A stretch of 64,000 nucleotides of DNA from Alphaproteobacteria bacterium. Lineage in GTDB: Bacteria; Pseudomonadota; Alphaproteobacteria; MPNO01; UBA830. Positions 40,309 through 51,049 of the stretch are shown here, one piece after another; position 1 is the stretch's first letter; the number at the start of each line of letters is the position of its first letter. Made by a program: the position numbers and the translations under genes. Below the pieces are notes generated by a model, which saw only the letters and a program-made list of their open reading frames with translations, had not been told where the DNA came from and did not search any database. The stretch covers positions 2,336,001-2,400,000 of the forward strand of contig OZ219790.1 in assembly GCA_964291215.2 (NCBI GenBank). The letters are read 5' to 3'.

Positions 40309-41898
40309 CTATGCCGGCACGGCCCGCCCGCTGACGGCGCGGGCCGCGTCCCGGCGGACAAGGAGGGACGCTCCGGTCATCTCGGGCGGCGGTTCCATGC
40401 CCATGAGATCGAGAAGCGTGGGCGCGATGTCCGACAGCCGTCCGGCGCGGAGCCCGCTGACAGCACCGGGCGCGTTGACGAGCAGTGCCGGCACCGGGTT
40501 GACCGTGTGGGCGGTGTGCGGCTCTCCGGTCTCGCAGTCGCGCATCGACTCGGCGTTGCCATGGTCGGCGGTGATCAGCATCACGCCGCCCGCGCTCTCC
40601 ACCGCCCGCACGAGACGTTCCAGGCATTCGTCGACCATGCGTATGGCGCGAACGGTGGCGTCGAGCTTCCCGGTGTGGCCGACCATGTCCGGATTGGCAA
40701 AGTTTACGACGATGAGATCGTGCCGGCCCGAGCCGATTTCCATCACCAGGCGATCGGTGACTTCGCGGGCAGACATTTCCGGCTGCTCGTCGTAGGTGGC
40801 AACCTTGGGCGACGGGATCAGGACCCGCTCCTCGCCGACAAAGGGCGTTTCCTCGCCACCATTGAAGAAATAGGTCACGTGAGCGTATTTCTCGGTCTCG
40901 GCGATACGCAGCTGGCGCATGCCGGCGTCCGACACCACTCGTCCGAGAATGTTCTCCAGCTTCTCGGGCGGGAACATGGTCGCCATCAGCGCGTTGTACG
41001 CACTCGAATATTCGGTAAGCCCGACAGCAGCTGCAAACGCCACGCGGCGGCTGCGCGCGAAGCCCTCGAATTCGTCCTGGAGCAGGGCAAGGAGGATTTG
41101 CCGCACGCGGTCGGCGCGGAAATTCGCCATCAGGATCCCGTCGCCGTCCTCCATCCCGGCATAACCGTCCATGACGACAGGTTCGACGAACTCGTCGGTC
41201 ACCCCGGCGTCATAGCTCGCTCTGACGGCAGCGGCGGGATCGGCCGCCGCCGCCCCGCTGCCAGCAACGAGAAGATCGTAGGCGCGCTCCGTACGGTCCC
41301 ACCGCTGATCCCTGTCCATGGCGTAGTAGCGCCCACACAGCGTGGCGATGCGCGTGCGGCCGAGGCCTGCGAGCTGCTCGCAGAAGGACGCCACATGTTT
41401 CGCGGCACTCGCCGGCGGTGTGTCGCGGCCATCGAGGAAGCCGTGAACGGCGACCGGAATGCCGTGGCCGTCGACGATGGCCGCAAGCTCGGCGAGATGA
41501 TCCTGATGGGAATGCACGCCGCCCGGGGAGATCAGCCCCATCAGGTGGCAGATTCCGCCGCTGCGCCGGAGACTCCCGATCAGACCGGCAAGCGCGGGGT
41601 TGGCGCGGATGCTGCCGTCGGCGATGGCGGCGTTCACACGGCATATGTCCTGCATCAGGACGCGCCCGGCGCCGAGGGTGATGTGGCCGACCTCCGAATT
41701 GCCCATCTGGCCCGACGGCAGCCCGACATCGGCACCCGATGTCGCGACGAGCGCGTGCGGGCAGCTGCGCCAGAGCCGCGCGAAGACCGGCGCATTGCCC
41801 GCCGTGATCGCGTTGTCGGCCTCATCCTCGCTGTGCCCCCACCCGTCGAGGACGCACAGCACCGCGGGCCGCCGCCCGTCACGCACCTTGTCTCTCAT
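40309..41898 (-). CDS. gpmI: 2,3-bisphosphoglycerate-independent phosphoglycerate mutase
   Basis: LDGWG, GQMGNSEVGH, GRYYAMDRD, ETEKYAHVT, ADHGNAE. Confidence 0.97.
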   Translation of the reverse strand: MRDKVRDGRRPAVLCVLDGWGHSEDEADNAITAGNAPVFARLWRSCPHALVATSGADVGLPSGQMGNSEVGHITLGAGRVLMQDICRVNAAIADGSIRANPALAGLIGSLRRSGGICHLMGLISPGGVHSHQDHLAELAAIVDGHGIPVAVHGFLDGRDTPPASAAKHVASFCEQLAGLGRTRIATLCGRYYAMDRDQRWDRTERAYDLLVAGSGAAAADPAAAVRASYDAGVTDEFVEPVVMDGYAGMEDGDGILMANFRADRVRQILLALLQDEFEGFARSRRVAFAAAVGLTEYSSAYNALMATMFPPEKLENILGRVVSDAGMRQLRIAETEKYAHVTYFFNGGEETPFVGEERVLIPSPKVATYDEQPEMSAREVTDRLVMEIGSGRHDLIVVNFANPDMVGHTGKLDATVRAIRMVDECLERLVRAVESAGGVMLITADHGNAESMRDCETGEPHTAHTVNPVPALLVNAPGAVSGLRAGRLSDIAPTLLDLMGMEPPPEMTGASLLVRRDAARAVSGRAVPA

Positions 41899-41945
41899 GG
41901 CCGTTCTCTGCCGATCAGCCGCCGCGGTCCGCCGCTTGCCTGCGC

Positions 41946-42413
41946 TCACGCCGCGCACCCGTCGCGGTGATAGGGGTTCCCCGCGAGTATCTCCTGGGCC
42001 CGGAATATCTGTTCGACCAGCATCACCCGGACCAGCATATGCGGCCAGGTTGCGGTGCCGAAGGCGAGGAGCGTGTCCGCGCGGTCGAGCTGGGGCCGCA
42101 CCAGGCCGTCTGCGCCGCCGACGAGGAACGAGATCCCGCGCCCGGCATCGCGGCAACGCTCGAACAAACGGGCGAAGGCCACGCTGTCATGTGCGGCGCC
42201 CGACGCATCAAGCACTACCCGGTAGGCGCCGTCGGGACAGGCCGCTTCCAGGAGCGCCCCCTCGCGCTCGGCGCGCCGCAGCGCCGGCAGCTTGCGGCGC
42301 TCCTCGACTTCCCTGATCTCGACCGGCCAGCGGATACGCCGGCGATAGCGCTCGAGCAGGTCCCGCTCGGGCCCGGCCTTCATGCGGCCGACGGCGCAGA
42401 TGGTGACGCGCAT
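41946..42413 (-). CDS. rlmH: 23S rRNA pseudouridine-1915 N3-methyltransferase
   Basis: AVGRMK, GGADG, TWPHMLVRVMLVEQIFRA, PYHR. Confidence 0.95.
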   Translation of the reverse strand: MRVTICAVGRMKAGPERDLLERYRRRIRWPVEIREVEERRKLPALRRAEREGALLEAACPDGAYRVVLDASGAAHDSVAFARLFERCRDAGRGISFLVGGADGLVRPQLDRADTLLAFGTATWPHMLVRVMLVEQIFRAQEILAGNPYHRDGCAA

Positions 42414-42422
42414 GACCGTGCC

Positions 42423-42761
42423 TCAGACCGCTGCCGGTTCCCGTCTGTCGGGAAACTCGACATTCCACATCTTCTCCAGGCTGTAGAACGCGCGGACTTC
42501 GGGGCGGAACAGGTGGACGATGACATCGCCCGCATCGAGCAGCACCCAGTCTCCCTGCCCCAGGCCCTCGGGGCGCAACCCCTTGATGCCCAGCGCTCTC
42601 AGGGCCTCAATCAACCTTTCCGCCATCGAGACGACCTGCCGCCGCGAATTGCCGCTCGCGATCACCATGTAGTCGGCGATGTCGGACTTGCCGGAGAGAT
42701 CGATCACTACCAAGTCCCCGGCCTTCTGCGATTCCAGCGAGTCCCTGATCACCCCGATCAT
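42423..42761 (-). CDS. rsfS: Ribosome silencing factor (Iojap)
   Basis: KA.D.VVIDL, ADYMVIASG.S.RQV, WVLLDAGDVIVHLF..R.FY.LEKMW; start approximate. Confidence 0.93.
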   Translation of the reverse strand: MIGVIRDSLESQKAGDLVVIDLSGKSDIADYMVIASGNSRRQVVSMAERLIEALRALGIKGLRPEGLGQGDWVLLDAGDVIVHLFRPEVRAFYSLEKMWNVEFPDRREPAAV

Positions 42762-42799
42762 GTCCTGCGCCGAACCGCCGTCGCTTGACCGTTCCTGTT

Positions 42800-43468
42800 T
42801 CAGTGGACAGCTTCCTCCAAGTCTGGCCCCGTCCGCGCACCCGCATGCCGGCGGCGCGTCGCGGCCCGGCCCGAGCGGATCTCGGTCGACGATCCCGGAT
42901 GCAGCCTCGTATGGAAGAACATCCAAGCCGGCGTCCTCGACTCGGCAAGGTGACAGGCGTGGACGCGTTGCTTCTTGAAGCGGAAGAACGCCTTCGCCGC
43001 CTTGCCCGCAAGAGCCCCGAAAGAATAGGGTGCCCGGTCGAAAACCGCAATGGGCACGAGATTGAATATCCGCGTCCAGTCCTGCCACTGCGGAATCTGG
43101 GCGAGGTTGTCGGCCCCCATGATCCACACGAACCGGGTCTTCGGAAAACACTGCTTGAGGCGGGCCAATGCCTCGGCCGTGTAGGTGGTGCCGAGTCTTC
43201 GCTCGATGTCCGTCACCCTGATGCTGGGGTGCCGGGCAAGCCGGCTGGCCCCGGCCATCCGTTCCTCGAAGGGCGTCATGCCCGCCGCCCCCTTCAGGGG
43301 ATTCTGAGGAGTGACCATCCACCACACCTCGTCGAGCATCAGAAGCCTGAGCGCAAGCAAGCTGATATGCACGTGGCCATCATGAGCCGGATTGAACGAG
43401 CCGCCCAGAATGCCGATGCGAAGGCCGGTGACCGCATGCCCCCGGCGGATGTCCGCGACGATGGTCAG
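42800..43468 (-). CDS. nadD: Nicotinate-nucleotide adenylyltransferase
   Basis: [15 protein letters not shown] lies in frame upstream of the ORF-track start; [20 protein letters not shown]. Confidence 0.92.
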   Translation of the reverse strand: MTIVADIRRGHAVTGLRIGILGGSFNPAHDGHVHISLLALRLLMLDEVWWMVTPQNPLKGAAGMTPFEERMAGASRLARHPSIRVTDIERRLGTTYTAEALARLKQCFPKTRFVWIMGADNLAQIPQWQDWTRIFNLVPIAVFDRAPYSFGALAGKAAKAFFRFKKQRVHACHLAESRTPAWMFFHTRLHPGSSTEIRSGRAATRRRHAGARTGPDLEEAVH

Positions 43469-44748
43469 GGTCTGATCTGCCCGGCGCCCCGGACAACGTA
43501 TTTGTAGGTGGTGAGTTGCTCGACGCCCACCGGTCCCCGGGCGTGAAGCCGTCCGGTCGAGATGCCGATTTCCGCGCCCATGCCGAACTCGCCACCGTCG
43601 GCAAACTGGGTCGAGGCGTTGTGCAGAACGATCGCCGAATCGACCTTGTCGAGGAATGTCTCGGCGCGGGCCGTATCGGCAGTGACGATGGAATCTGTGT
43701 GCCCGGATCCGTAAGCGCCGATATGCGCTACCGCCCCGTCGAGTCCGTCGACTTGGCGGATCGACAGGATGGCATCGAGATATTCCGTCCGCCAGTCATC
43801 CTCGGTGGCGGGGACGACGCGCTGATCGAGGGCGCGGGTGGCCTCGTCGCCGCGCAGTTCGCAACCGGCACCGCTGAGGCTGTCGATGATCGGCGGGAGC
43901 GCGTGCGCGGCGACTGCCCGATCGACGAGCAGGGTCTCGGTGGCACCGCATATTCCGGTGCGGCGCATCTTGGAGTTGACGGTGATGTCGTGCGCCATCG
44001 CGAGGTCTGCATGTTCATCGATGTAGACATGGCACAGCCCCTCGAGATGGGCGATCACGGGAATGCGGCTCTCGCGCTGTACGCGTTCGATGAGGGATTT
44101 CCCGCCGCGCGGGACGATGATGTCGACATGGTCGGTCATCGTCAGGAGCATGCCGACGGCGGCCCGGTCGGTTGTGGGCACGAGCTGGATGGCATTCTCG
44201 GGCAGGCCGGCGGCGGCGAGGCCCGCATGCAGGCACGCGACGATGGCGCGCGAGGAATGGAAGCTCTCGGAACCGCCACGGAGTATCGCGGCGTTGCCCG
44301 ACTTGAGGCACAGCCCGCCGGCGTCGGCAGTGACGTTGGGCCGCGATTCGTAAATGATGCCAATGACGCCCAGCGGCACACTCACCCGCGAGATGGACAG
44401 CCCGTTCGGACGCGACCACGAGGCCAGGACCTGCCCCACGGGGTCGTCGAGGGCAGCGATTTCCTCAAGTCCGCGGGCCATCGCGTCGATGCGCCCGTCA
44501 TCGAGCCTGAGGCGATCGAGAAGCGACGGCGCTATTTTCCGCTCCGCGGCAGAGGCCATGTCGATATGGTTGGCGGCGAGAAGTTCGTCCCGCTGCGCCC
44601 CGAGTTCGCGGGCGGCCGCGCGGAGCGCCTCGTTCTTCCGGGTGGTCGTCGCGAGGCCCAGCACCTCTACGCCCGCGCACGCGCCACGCCCCAACTGTTT
44701 CATCTCGGCGGCGAGGTCGTCGGACGCGATCTTGGCTGCAACGTTCAT
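43465..44748 (-). CDS. proA: Glutamate-5-semialdehyde dehydrogenase
   Basis: [34 protein letters not shown]. Confidence 0.97.
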   Translation of the reverse strand: MNVAAKIASDDLAAEMKQLGRGACAGVEVLGLATTTRKNEALRAAARELGAQRDELLAANHIDMASAAERKIAPSLLDRLRLDDGRIDAMARGLEEIAALDDPVGQVLASWSRPNGLSISRVSVPLGVIGIIYESRPNVTADAGGLCLKSGNAAILRGGSESFHSSRAIVACLHAGLAAAGLPENAIQLVPTTDRAAVGMLLTMTDHVDIIVPRGGKSLIERVQRESRIPVIAHLEGLCHVYIDEHADLAMAHDITVNSKMRRTGICGATETLLVDRAVAAHALPPIIDSLSGAGCELRGDEATRALDQRVVPATEDDWRTEYLDAILSIRQVDGLDGAVAHIGAYGSGHTDSIVTADTARAETFLDKVDSAIVLHNASTQFADGGEFGMGAEIGISTGRLHARGPVGVEQLTTYKYVVRGAGQIRP

Positions 44749-45899
44749 GAGTCCCGGCTCTCCGTCGGCTGCGCATCGAGCACCAGATCGTCACGATGAA
44801 TCAATTCGTCGCGGCCACGGTATCCCAGAATACTCTCGATTTCACGGCTTTTTCTTCCCATGATTCTCCTCGCGTCGGCTGACGAGTACGCCGACAGTCC
44901 ACGGCCGAGAAGCAACCCCCGTGCAGTTCTGACAATCACCGCGTCTCCGCGCTCGAAATCCCCATCGACCCCGGTAATTCCGGCTGGCAGCAGACTCTTG
45001 CCGGCGCCAAGCGCCCGCGCGGCGCCGTCATCGACGGTGAGCGTACCGGCTATCGCGATGGCGGCCGCGATCCACCGCTTGCGGGCGGCGAGCGGCGCCA
45101 TCGCCGGCAGGAACCACGTGCACCGGGCGCCTTCCGACAGTCGGGAGAGCGCATTGGCCGGCTTGCCGTCTCCGATAACCATGGCGCAACCTCCGGAAAT
45201 CGCGATCCTGGCCGCTTCCAGTTTGGTGATCATGCCGCCCGACGAATAGCCAGGCAGCGCGGCGCCCGCCATGTTCTCGATGTCGGCCGTCACCTCGCGG
45301 ACCACGGGCACCAGCGTCGCGTCGGGATCGGTGCGCGGATCAGCCGTATAGAGCCCGTCGACATCCGACAACAGAACCAGGGTATCGGCGCTGACCATCT
45401 GGGCAACCCGCGCGGCAAGACGATCATTGTCGCCATAGCGGATTTCCTCGGTGGCAACGGTGTCGTTCTCGTTGATGACCGGCACCACCCCCAGTCCGAA
45501 CAGGGTCTCCATGGTGGCTCTCGCGTTGAGATGGCGCCGGCGCTCCTCGGTATCGGCCAGCGTCAGGAGGATCTGGGCGATAGCGACGCCGTGCGGTCCA
45601 AGCGCTTCCTGCCACGCATGCGCCAGGCGAATCTGTCCCCGCGCGGCAGCCGCCTGCTTCTGGTCGAGAGCAAGCTCGCAGCCGGAGAGGCCGAGATCGC
45701 GCCTGCCGACGGCGATCGCGCCCGACGAAACGATCGCGACATCGATATCCCGGGATCTCAACCGGGCGATGTCCTCGCCCAGCGACGAGAGCCATTCCTC
45801 CCTGATGCTGCCGGTCCGGTCGTCAGCGACAAGCGTCGACCCGATCTTGAGGACAAGCCTGCGCGCCGAACCGAGTTCGGGAATCGTCCGTTCCGTCAT
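44745..45899 (-). CDS. proB: Glutamate 5-kinase
   Basis: [30 protein letters not shown]-terminal PUA domain. Confidence 0.97.
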   Translation of the reverse strand: MTERTIPELGSARRLVLKIGSTLVADDRTGSIREEWLSSLGEDIARLRSRDIDVAIVSSGAIAVGRRDLGLSGCELALDQKQAAAARGQIRLAHAWQEALGPHGVAIAQILLTLADTEERRRHLNARATMETLFGLGVVPVINENDTVATEEIRYGDNDRLAARVAQMVSADTLVLLSDVDGLYTADPRTDPDATLVPVVREVTADIENMAGAALPGYSSGGMITKLEAARIAISGGCAMVIGDGKPANALSRLSEGARCTWFLPAMAPLAARKRWIAAAIAIAGTLTVDDGAARALGAGKSLLPAGITGVDGDFERGDAVIVRTARGLLLGRGLSAYSSADARRIMGRKSREIESILGYRGRDELIHRDDLVLDAQPTESRDS

Positions 45900-46933
45900 G
45901 GCGTCCACGGCAGCGCTTCGCCGGCGGTTTCGGCATCGCCGGGCCGCGCGGCGGATATCACGCCGACGAGGCGCCGCAGGACCTCGGTCACGCCGGTTCC
46001 GGCCACTGCCGACACCGGGAAAACCTCGCCGTTCGACGCCGTCTCGAGGCTCCGTTGCCTCTCGGCCACCTCCGCGTCCGTCAGAGCGTCCGTCTTGGTG
46101 AGCGCCAGCACTTCGGTCCTGACGACAAGATCGTGATCGTATCGCTCGAGTTCGCGCCGGATCATGCGCCAGTTCGCTGCGACATCGTCCGCGGTGCCGT
46201 CGACGAGATGAAGGAGTACGCTGCACCTCTCGACATGGGCAAGAAACCGGTGTCCGAGCCCGGTGCCCGCATGCGCCCCCTCGATCAGGCCCGGAATGTC
46301 GGTAAGTACAAACTCCGTGTCATCAACATATACCGTACCGAGGGTCGGGATCAGGGTGGTGAACGGATAATCCGCGATCCTAGGCCGGGCGCGGGAGACG
46401 GCAGCGAGGAAGGTCGACTTGCCGGCGTTGGGCAGGCCGAGCAGGCCGGCATCCGCGATCAGCTTGAGTTGCAGCCTGATCCAGCATTCCTCGCCCTTCT
46501 CTCCCGGCTCGGCGCGGCGCGGTGCGCGGTTCGTCGAGGACTTGAAACGGGCATTGCCGCGCCCGCCGCGCCCGCCGCGCAGGAGCACGACCCGGTCGCC
46601 GGGCCGTTCAAGATCGGCGAGCAGCGCTTCGCTCTCGGCGTCCAGGACCTGGGTTCCGGCCGGAACCTCGAGGGTCTCATCCGCGCCGGCGGCACCGGTC
46701 CGATTGCTGCCCACCCCGTGCGATCCGCTTCTCGCCTTGAAATGCTGCCGGTAACGGAAATCGATCATTGTGTTCAGCCCGGCTACGGCCTCGACGATTA
46801 TGTCGCCGCCGCGCCCGCCGTCGCCGCCGTCGGGTCCGCCGAATTCGATGAACTTCTCGCGGCGGAAGCTCGCGCAGCCGGCGCCGCCGTCACCACTGCG
46901 GACATAGACCTTTGCCGAATCGAGAAATCTCAT
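45896..46933 (-). CDS. obg: GTPase Obg/CgtA
   Basis: [40 protein letters not shown]. Confidence 0.97.
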   Translation of the reverse strand: MRFLDSAKVYVRSGDGGAGCASFRREKFIEFGGPDGGDGGRGGDIIVEAVAGLNTMIDFRYRQHFKARSGSHGVGSNRTGAAGADETLEVPAGTQVLDAESEALLADLERPGDRVVLLRGGRGGRGNARFKSSTNRAPRRAEPGEKGEECWIRLQLKLIADAGLLGLPNAGKSTFLAAVSRARPRIADYPFTTLIPTLGTVYVDDTEFVLTDIPGLIEGAHAGTGLGHRFLAHVERCSVLLHLVDGTADDVAANWRMIRRELERYDHDLVVRTEVLALTKTDALTDAEVAERQRSLETASNGEVFPVSAVAGTGVTEVLRRLVGVISAARPGDAETAGEALPWTP

Positions 46934-47045
46934 GACCCGCAAGCCTGTCAGTGTCCGGGACCGCAGCGCCCGCCCTGCTCCGGCGGAGCCGTGGGCGGTG
47001 GCCGCGCGAGGCTGCCGGGCGCAAGCGCCTGCCGGCGCCGTCCGA

Positions 47046-47303
47046 TCAGCTGCCTGTGTCCACCGACACGTAGACCCGGCCGCCCGAACGCCGACTGAAT
47101 GCCACCCGGCCTTCGGCCTTGGCGAAGATGGTGTGATCCCTGCCCATCCCGACATGTTCGCCCGGATGCCACTTGGTGCCGCGCTGGCGCACTATGATGT
47201 TACCGGGGATCACGGCCTCGCCGCCGAACTTCTTGATTCCGAGGCGCCTGCCGATGGAATCGCGGCCGTTGCGGGAGCTGCCGCCAGCCTTCTTGTGCGC
47301 CAT
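47046..47303 (-). CDS. rpmA: 50S ribosomal protein L27
   Basis: [27 protein letters not shown]. Confidence 0.98.
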   Translation of the reverse strand: MAHKKAGGSSRNGRDSIGRRLGIKKFGGEAVIPGNIIVRQRGTKWHPGEHVGMGRDHTIFAKAEGRVAFSRRSGGRVYVSVDTGS

Positions 47304-47374
47304 GTTACGGTCTCCTCCGGACTCGCCGTCCGTTTCCGTGGCTGCCGTCGTCTTCTGCGTTCCGGCGCCAGTTC

Positions 47375-47881
47375 CTAGTCTTTGTCGGCCTTGTCGGTCG
47401 AATCTCCGGGTTCGGCCTGATCCTCGGCCGCGGCACCCTCATCGCCGGCGGAAGGTCCGTCATCCGCGGAGTAAGGCGCCTCCGTATCGGCGACCACGGC
47501 TTCGGCAAGTGCGTCCGCGATGCGCTCTTCCTCCTCCGCCGGGTCCGCAGCAGCCGGTTGCTGGCCCTTGCCGAGAATGTCGTCGATCCGAAGCACCGTG
47601 ACAAGTTGCCGGTGTCCGCGCGTGCGCCGGTAGTTCTTGCGGCGCTTCTTCTTGAAGACGACGATCTTGTTGTCCTTCTTCTGCCCGAGCACCGTCGCAT
47701 TGACACGCGCCCCGTCGATCAGGGGCGCGCCCACGGCGAGGCCCTCGCCGACATCGAGCGCGAGCACATTGTCGAGTTCCACGATGTCGCCGGCTTCGGC
47801 GCCATCGAGTTTCTCGACGGTGATGACATCCCCACTGGCGACGCGGTACTGCTTGCCGCCCGTTTTGACCACAGCGTACAT
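47375..47881 (-). CDS. rplU: 50S ribosomal protein L21 with acidic C-terminal extension
   Basis: [27 protein letters not shown]. Confidence 0.97.
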   Translation of the reverse strand: MYAVVKTGGKQYRVASGDVITVEKLDGAEAGDIVELDNVLALDVGEGLAVGAPLIDGARVNATVLGQKKDNKIVVFKKKRRKNYRRTRGHRQLVTVLRIDDILGKGQQPAAADPAEEEERIADALAEAVVADTEAPYSADDGPSAGDEGAAAEDQAEPGDSTDKADKD

Positions 47882-48002
47882 CGTTCCATCTTCCCTTAGC
47901 TTCGGCCCGTCCGGCCATTCCGCGAATTGCCGGCCGCCGCACGACGCTCGCGCACACGATCCGAACAGGTGGCCACGGAGTACAAGATTGCGGAAGGTCG
48001 CG

Positions 48003-48030
48003 AATATAAACGCGAAAAGGGCGCTGTCAA
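48003..48030 (-). promoter_or_regulatory. Putative sigma70 promoter of the rplU operon
   Basis: TTGACA-N16-TATATT on the minus strand. Confidence 0.55.
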
Positions 48031-48167
48031 TGGCATGTCCGGAAAAAACGCGGCAAGGCCCCAACCCCTCGCGCACCCTTTCTACATGCCGGAAGCGCGT
48101 CATCGCGCGCCGCTCCGGAAACTACTTTCGGGAAGCTACAACGCATATTCGCTCATCTCCTTGCGCC

Positions 48168-48359
48168 CACGGTGATCCCATGCTGTTTCGGAGACGCGAA
48201 ATCCGAGTGCGTTGGAGCTCGCGTCATCACAGATCGCCCCTTGATCGCAATTTTTCGCGGCGAGAAGGTCTCATTGAGCCTTGGCGGCACGATTGCAGCG
48301 CGACGCAGACCGAAAAATCTCGCCGGTCGCCGCTGGATTAGCAGCATGGGATCGTCGTG
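48168..48359. mobile_element. MITE-like element, copy 2 (192 bp) with 9-bp TSD
   Basis: TIRs CACGGTGATCCCATGCTG / CAGCATGGGATCGTCGTG; direct repeat CCTTGCGCC at 48159-48167 and 48360-48368. Confidence 0.82.
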
Positions 48360-48397
48360 CCTTGCGCCCTACTCAGGGTTCCTGTAAACACCCGCCC

Positions 48398-48487
48398 GGA
48401 GGGTTGCCGGAGCGGTCGAACGGGGCGGTCTCGAAAACCGTTGTGCGCTTACGCGTACCGAGGGTTCGAATCCCTCACCCTCCGCCA
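48398..48487 (+). tRNA. tRNA-Ser(CGA)
   Basis: Acceptor GGAGGGT/ACCCTCC, anticodon loop CT-CGA-AA, long variable arm, GGTTCGAATCC T-arm, G discriminator plus CCA. Confidence 0.97.
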
Positions 48488-48790
48488 CCACGCATTTCCT
48501 GAGTCGTAAAGGCCCGTAATTTGCCTTCCGCTGTCACCATGGGTGCGCGCAGTGAGGAGGCTAGACGCCCGATTGTAAGCTGTCAACACGAAAAAGGGCG
48601 CCGGTTCCCGCCAGCGCCCTCGATCGTGCAGAGAGTTTCGTTTCGGCAGTCCCCAAAAAGGGCAAAACCCAAAGAAACTCGCCAACCATCAAAGATGGTG
48701 AGAATCTAACGGGTGTCCCATGCCCTGTCAACAGGGGTCTGCCGTTAACGAATCTCTCGGCAGAAAATTTTTCGGGTCGGTTCGCCGGCC

Positions 48791-49300
48791 ATGGACACCA
48801 GGCAACGCACCCCTCGCGATCCGTCACAGGATCCGGGCCGCGGCACTGCCGCCGCCCCCATCGCCGGGCTCCCCGACGGGCTCAGCCGGTTCGAGTTCGT
48901 GCGGCTCGCGCGCGAGATCGGCTCGGCCGGCAGCTGGACGCCGGCATTGATCGAACACTTGGACCTGCTGCTGTCCTGGACGCGGGCGCAGGACTGGGAG
49001 CCGGGCGCCAGGCCCGTGGTCTGGCTCTCGGTAAACGCGACGGCGGCGCGACTCGGCGTAGATACATCGACCATCCGGAATCACGAGCGCGCGCTCAAGG
49101 CCCTGGGCGCAATCTCGGTCGCGCCCGCAGGAAACCGCAGGCGCTGCGTGCACCGCCGCGAGGATGGCACGGTTACTTGGGCCTACGGCGTCGAGCTGGC
49201 GCCGCTACTGGCCATCCTGCCACGGCTTGAGCAGGAAGCTGCCGAACAGCGGGAGCGGGTCGCTCTCTTCCAGCAAGCCCGGGCCGAGGCGTCGGGATCC
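48791..49300 (+). pseudogene. repC: Plasmid replication initiator RepC, N-terminal HTH part only
   Basis: WT..QDW..G.RPVVW.S..A.RLG..STIRNHERAL..G.I..N.RR..AYGV.LAPL; ends at an out-of-frame junction with parA. Confidence 0.75.
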
Positions 49301-49461
49301 TTCCGCACACCGTCGGGCAGCGGCAGGCCTTTGTGCACGCACTCAACCACGGCCTCGGAGTGGTGGAATACGAGCCGCGGGGCAAGGCCGCAGCGGAGAT
49401 CCGCGGCCTTTGGGAGGCGCTGGTGCGCCGGGAACGGCCGGAGCTGCGGCTCGTCGGCTGA
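49300..49461 (+). pseudogene. parA: ParA family ATPase C-terminal remnant
   Basis: Alternative frame TVGQRQAFVHALNHGLGVVEYEPRGKAAAEIRGLWEAL. Confidence 0.7.
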
Positions 49462-49997
49462 CACGCTGGGCCACCGAATTCCCTGGGAGGGGATCATGAA
49501 GAGAAAGAGTTTTACTGACGCAATGAACATCACGCCCCAGCCTGCCGCTGATGGCGCGATGCCTCCGGCCGACACCTCTCTCGCGCGGCGCGTCATTCCG
49601 ATCGCGCTGGCGGAAATCCACGCATCGGATCGGCGGCGGCCCGTCGACCCGGAACAAGTGCAGGTGATTGCCGAATCGATCGGGGAGATCGGGCTGCAGT
49701 CGCCGATAGCCGTGCGGCTGGATCCCGCTGATACGGCCGGCTACCGCCTCGTGGCCGGCGCACACCGGATTGCGGCCGCGGCGGAGCTCGGCTGGACGAG
49801 GATCGACGGCTTGGTGGTTGACGGCAGCGACGATGAGCTCGCGCTGATGGAGATCGACGAAAACCTCGCGCGGGCCGAACCGACGCCGCTTGACCGGGCG
49901 CTGTTTCTGGCCGAGCGCAAGGCGATCTTCGAGCGAGTGCACCCTCCGCCGAAGCGCGGGCGGCCGGCGGTACAGGCCGGCAATTCCAAAATGAGTG

Positions 49998-50690
49998 GTA
50001 ACTGCTCGCCCCTGCTGATCATTGGCCGCCTTTCCTGACGGCGTTCGCATCCGGGAACTCGCCGCCGATCCAGACCTCGATGCTCTTCCGTTCCGGGAGA
50101 AGCACCGGCTCGACATCCTGCGCATGATCGCCTACCGCGCCGAAACCCGGACGATGGCGGCCGTGGCGAAGGAGCAGGGCAGGAAACCGCGCCCGCGAAA
50201 ACCCCTCCGCACCCTCCTGCAGGCCGACGCCGACATCCTCCCCGAACCTGAACCGGGGATCCTCCGGGTGCGCATCCCCGGATCCGCCTGCAACGCCGCC
50301 ATCGCAGGACTGCTGAAGGAACTCAATGAAACCGGCACCTGCGTTCTCGGAACCGAGCTCCGCATGATCTACGAACTGCCTCCGAAGCCCGCCTGAACGG
50401 CCGCCGGAGGGCCTTGCCTGCCAATTCTCCAGAGGTCAGGATATCTGAAGCTGCACCGCCGGATTCCTCAGCCGGCACGATGGAACCCGCACCGCGGGCT
50501 CGGTACCGCATTGCAGACCCGGCGACACCGGCCGGAAAGCAAGACCGGCCGAAGACCGGAACGGTTCTTGCCCATCGGAACCCGCACCTCCGGTTTCCGG
50601 CAATCAGCGAGGGAAGGGGACGAGAAAAGATGCTTGACCCCGAACGCCGTCAGGAACGGCAATCCATGACCAGCAGGGGCAAGCAGTTAC
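49998..50690 (+). mobile_element. 693-bp non-autonomous element with GTAA ends and 8-bp TSD (IS66-type ends)
   Basis: TIR GTAACTGCT(C/T)GCCCCTGCTG; TSD AATGAGTG; contains only a transposase C-terminal fragment (50022-50396). Confidence 0.85.
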
Positions 50691-51049
50691 AATGAGTGCA
50701 AACTTTGCACCGATTTCTTTCGCCGAGGAGGCCCAGCAGCGGACCGGGATGTCCCGTCGCGGCGTGTTCCGCGCCCTGGAAATCGCCTCTGGACTGGATT
50801 CCAGGCTGGCGGAAGCGCTGCAGGGCACCCCGCTGGCTGAGGCGCGAGGGTGATCTTCACCGGCTGTCGCGGCTGGATGTTTGCGAACAGCACCGCGTCT
50901 TGGAGCGAGTTCGCGACGCGGATGCGCCACCCGGGAAGTTCGCGGATGTCGTCGACTCGCCGCTGCCGCGGCCGGCCAGCCCCGGCGCGGCGCGGGACAC
51001 GCTGGTCCGGGCCTGGGACCGCTGCGACGACCGCGACCGACAGTGGTTC

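Noticed and set aside
48791-50038. 415-aa RepC-ParB fusion protein from the ORF track
   Set aside because: Chance read-through across a repC/parA deletion junction; the middle is out-of-frame parA and the end is IS sequence.
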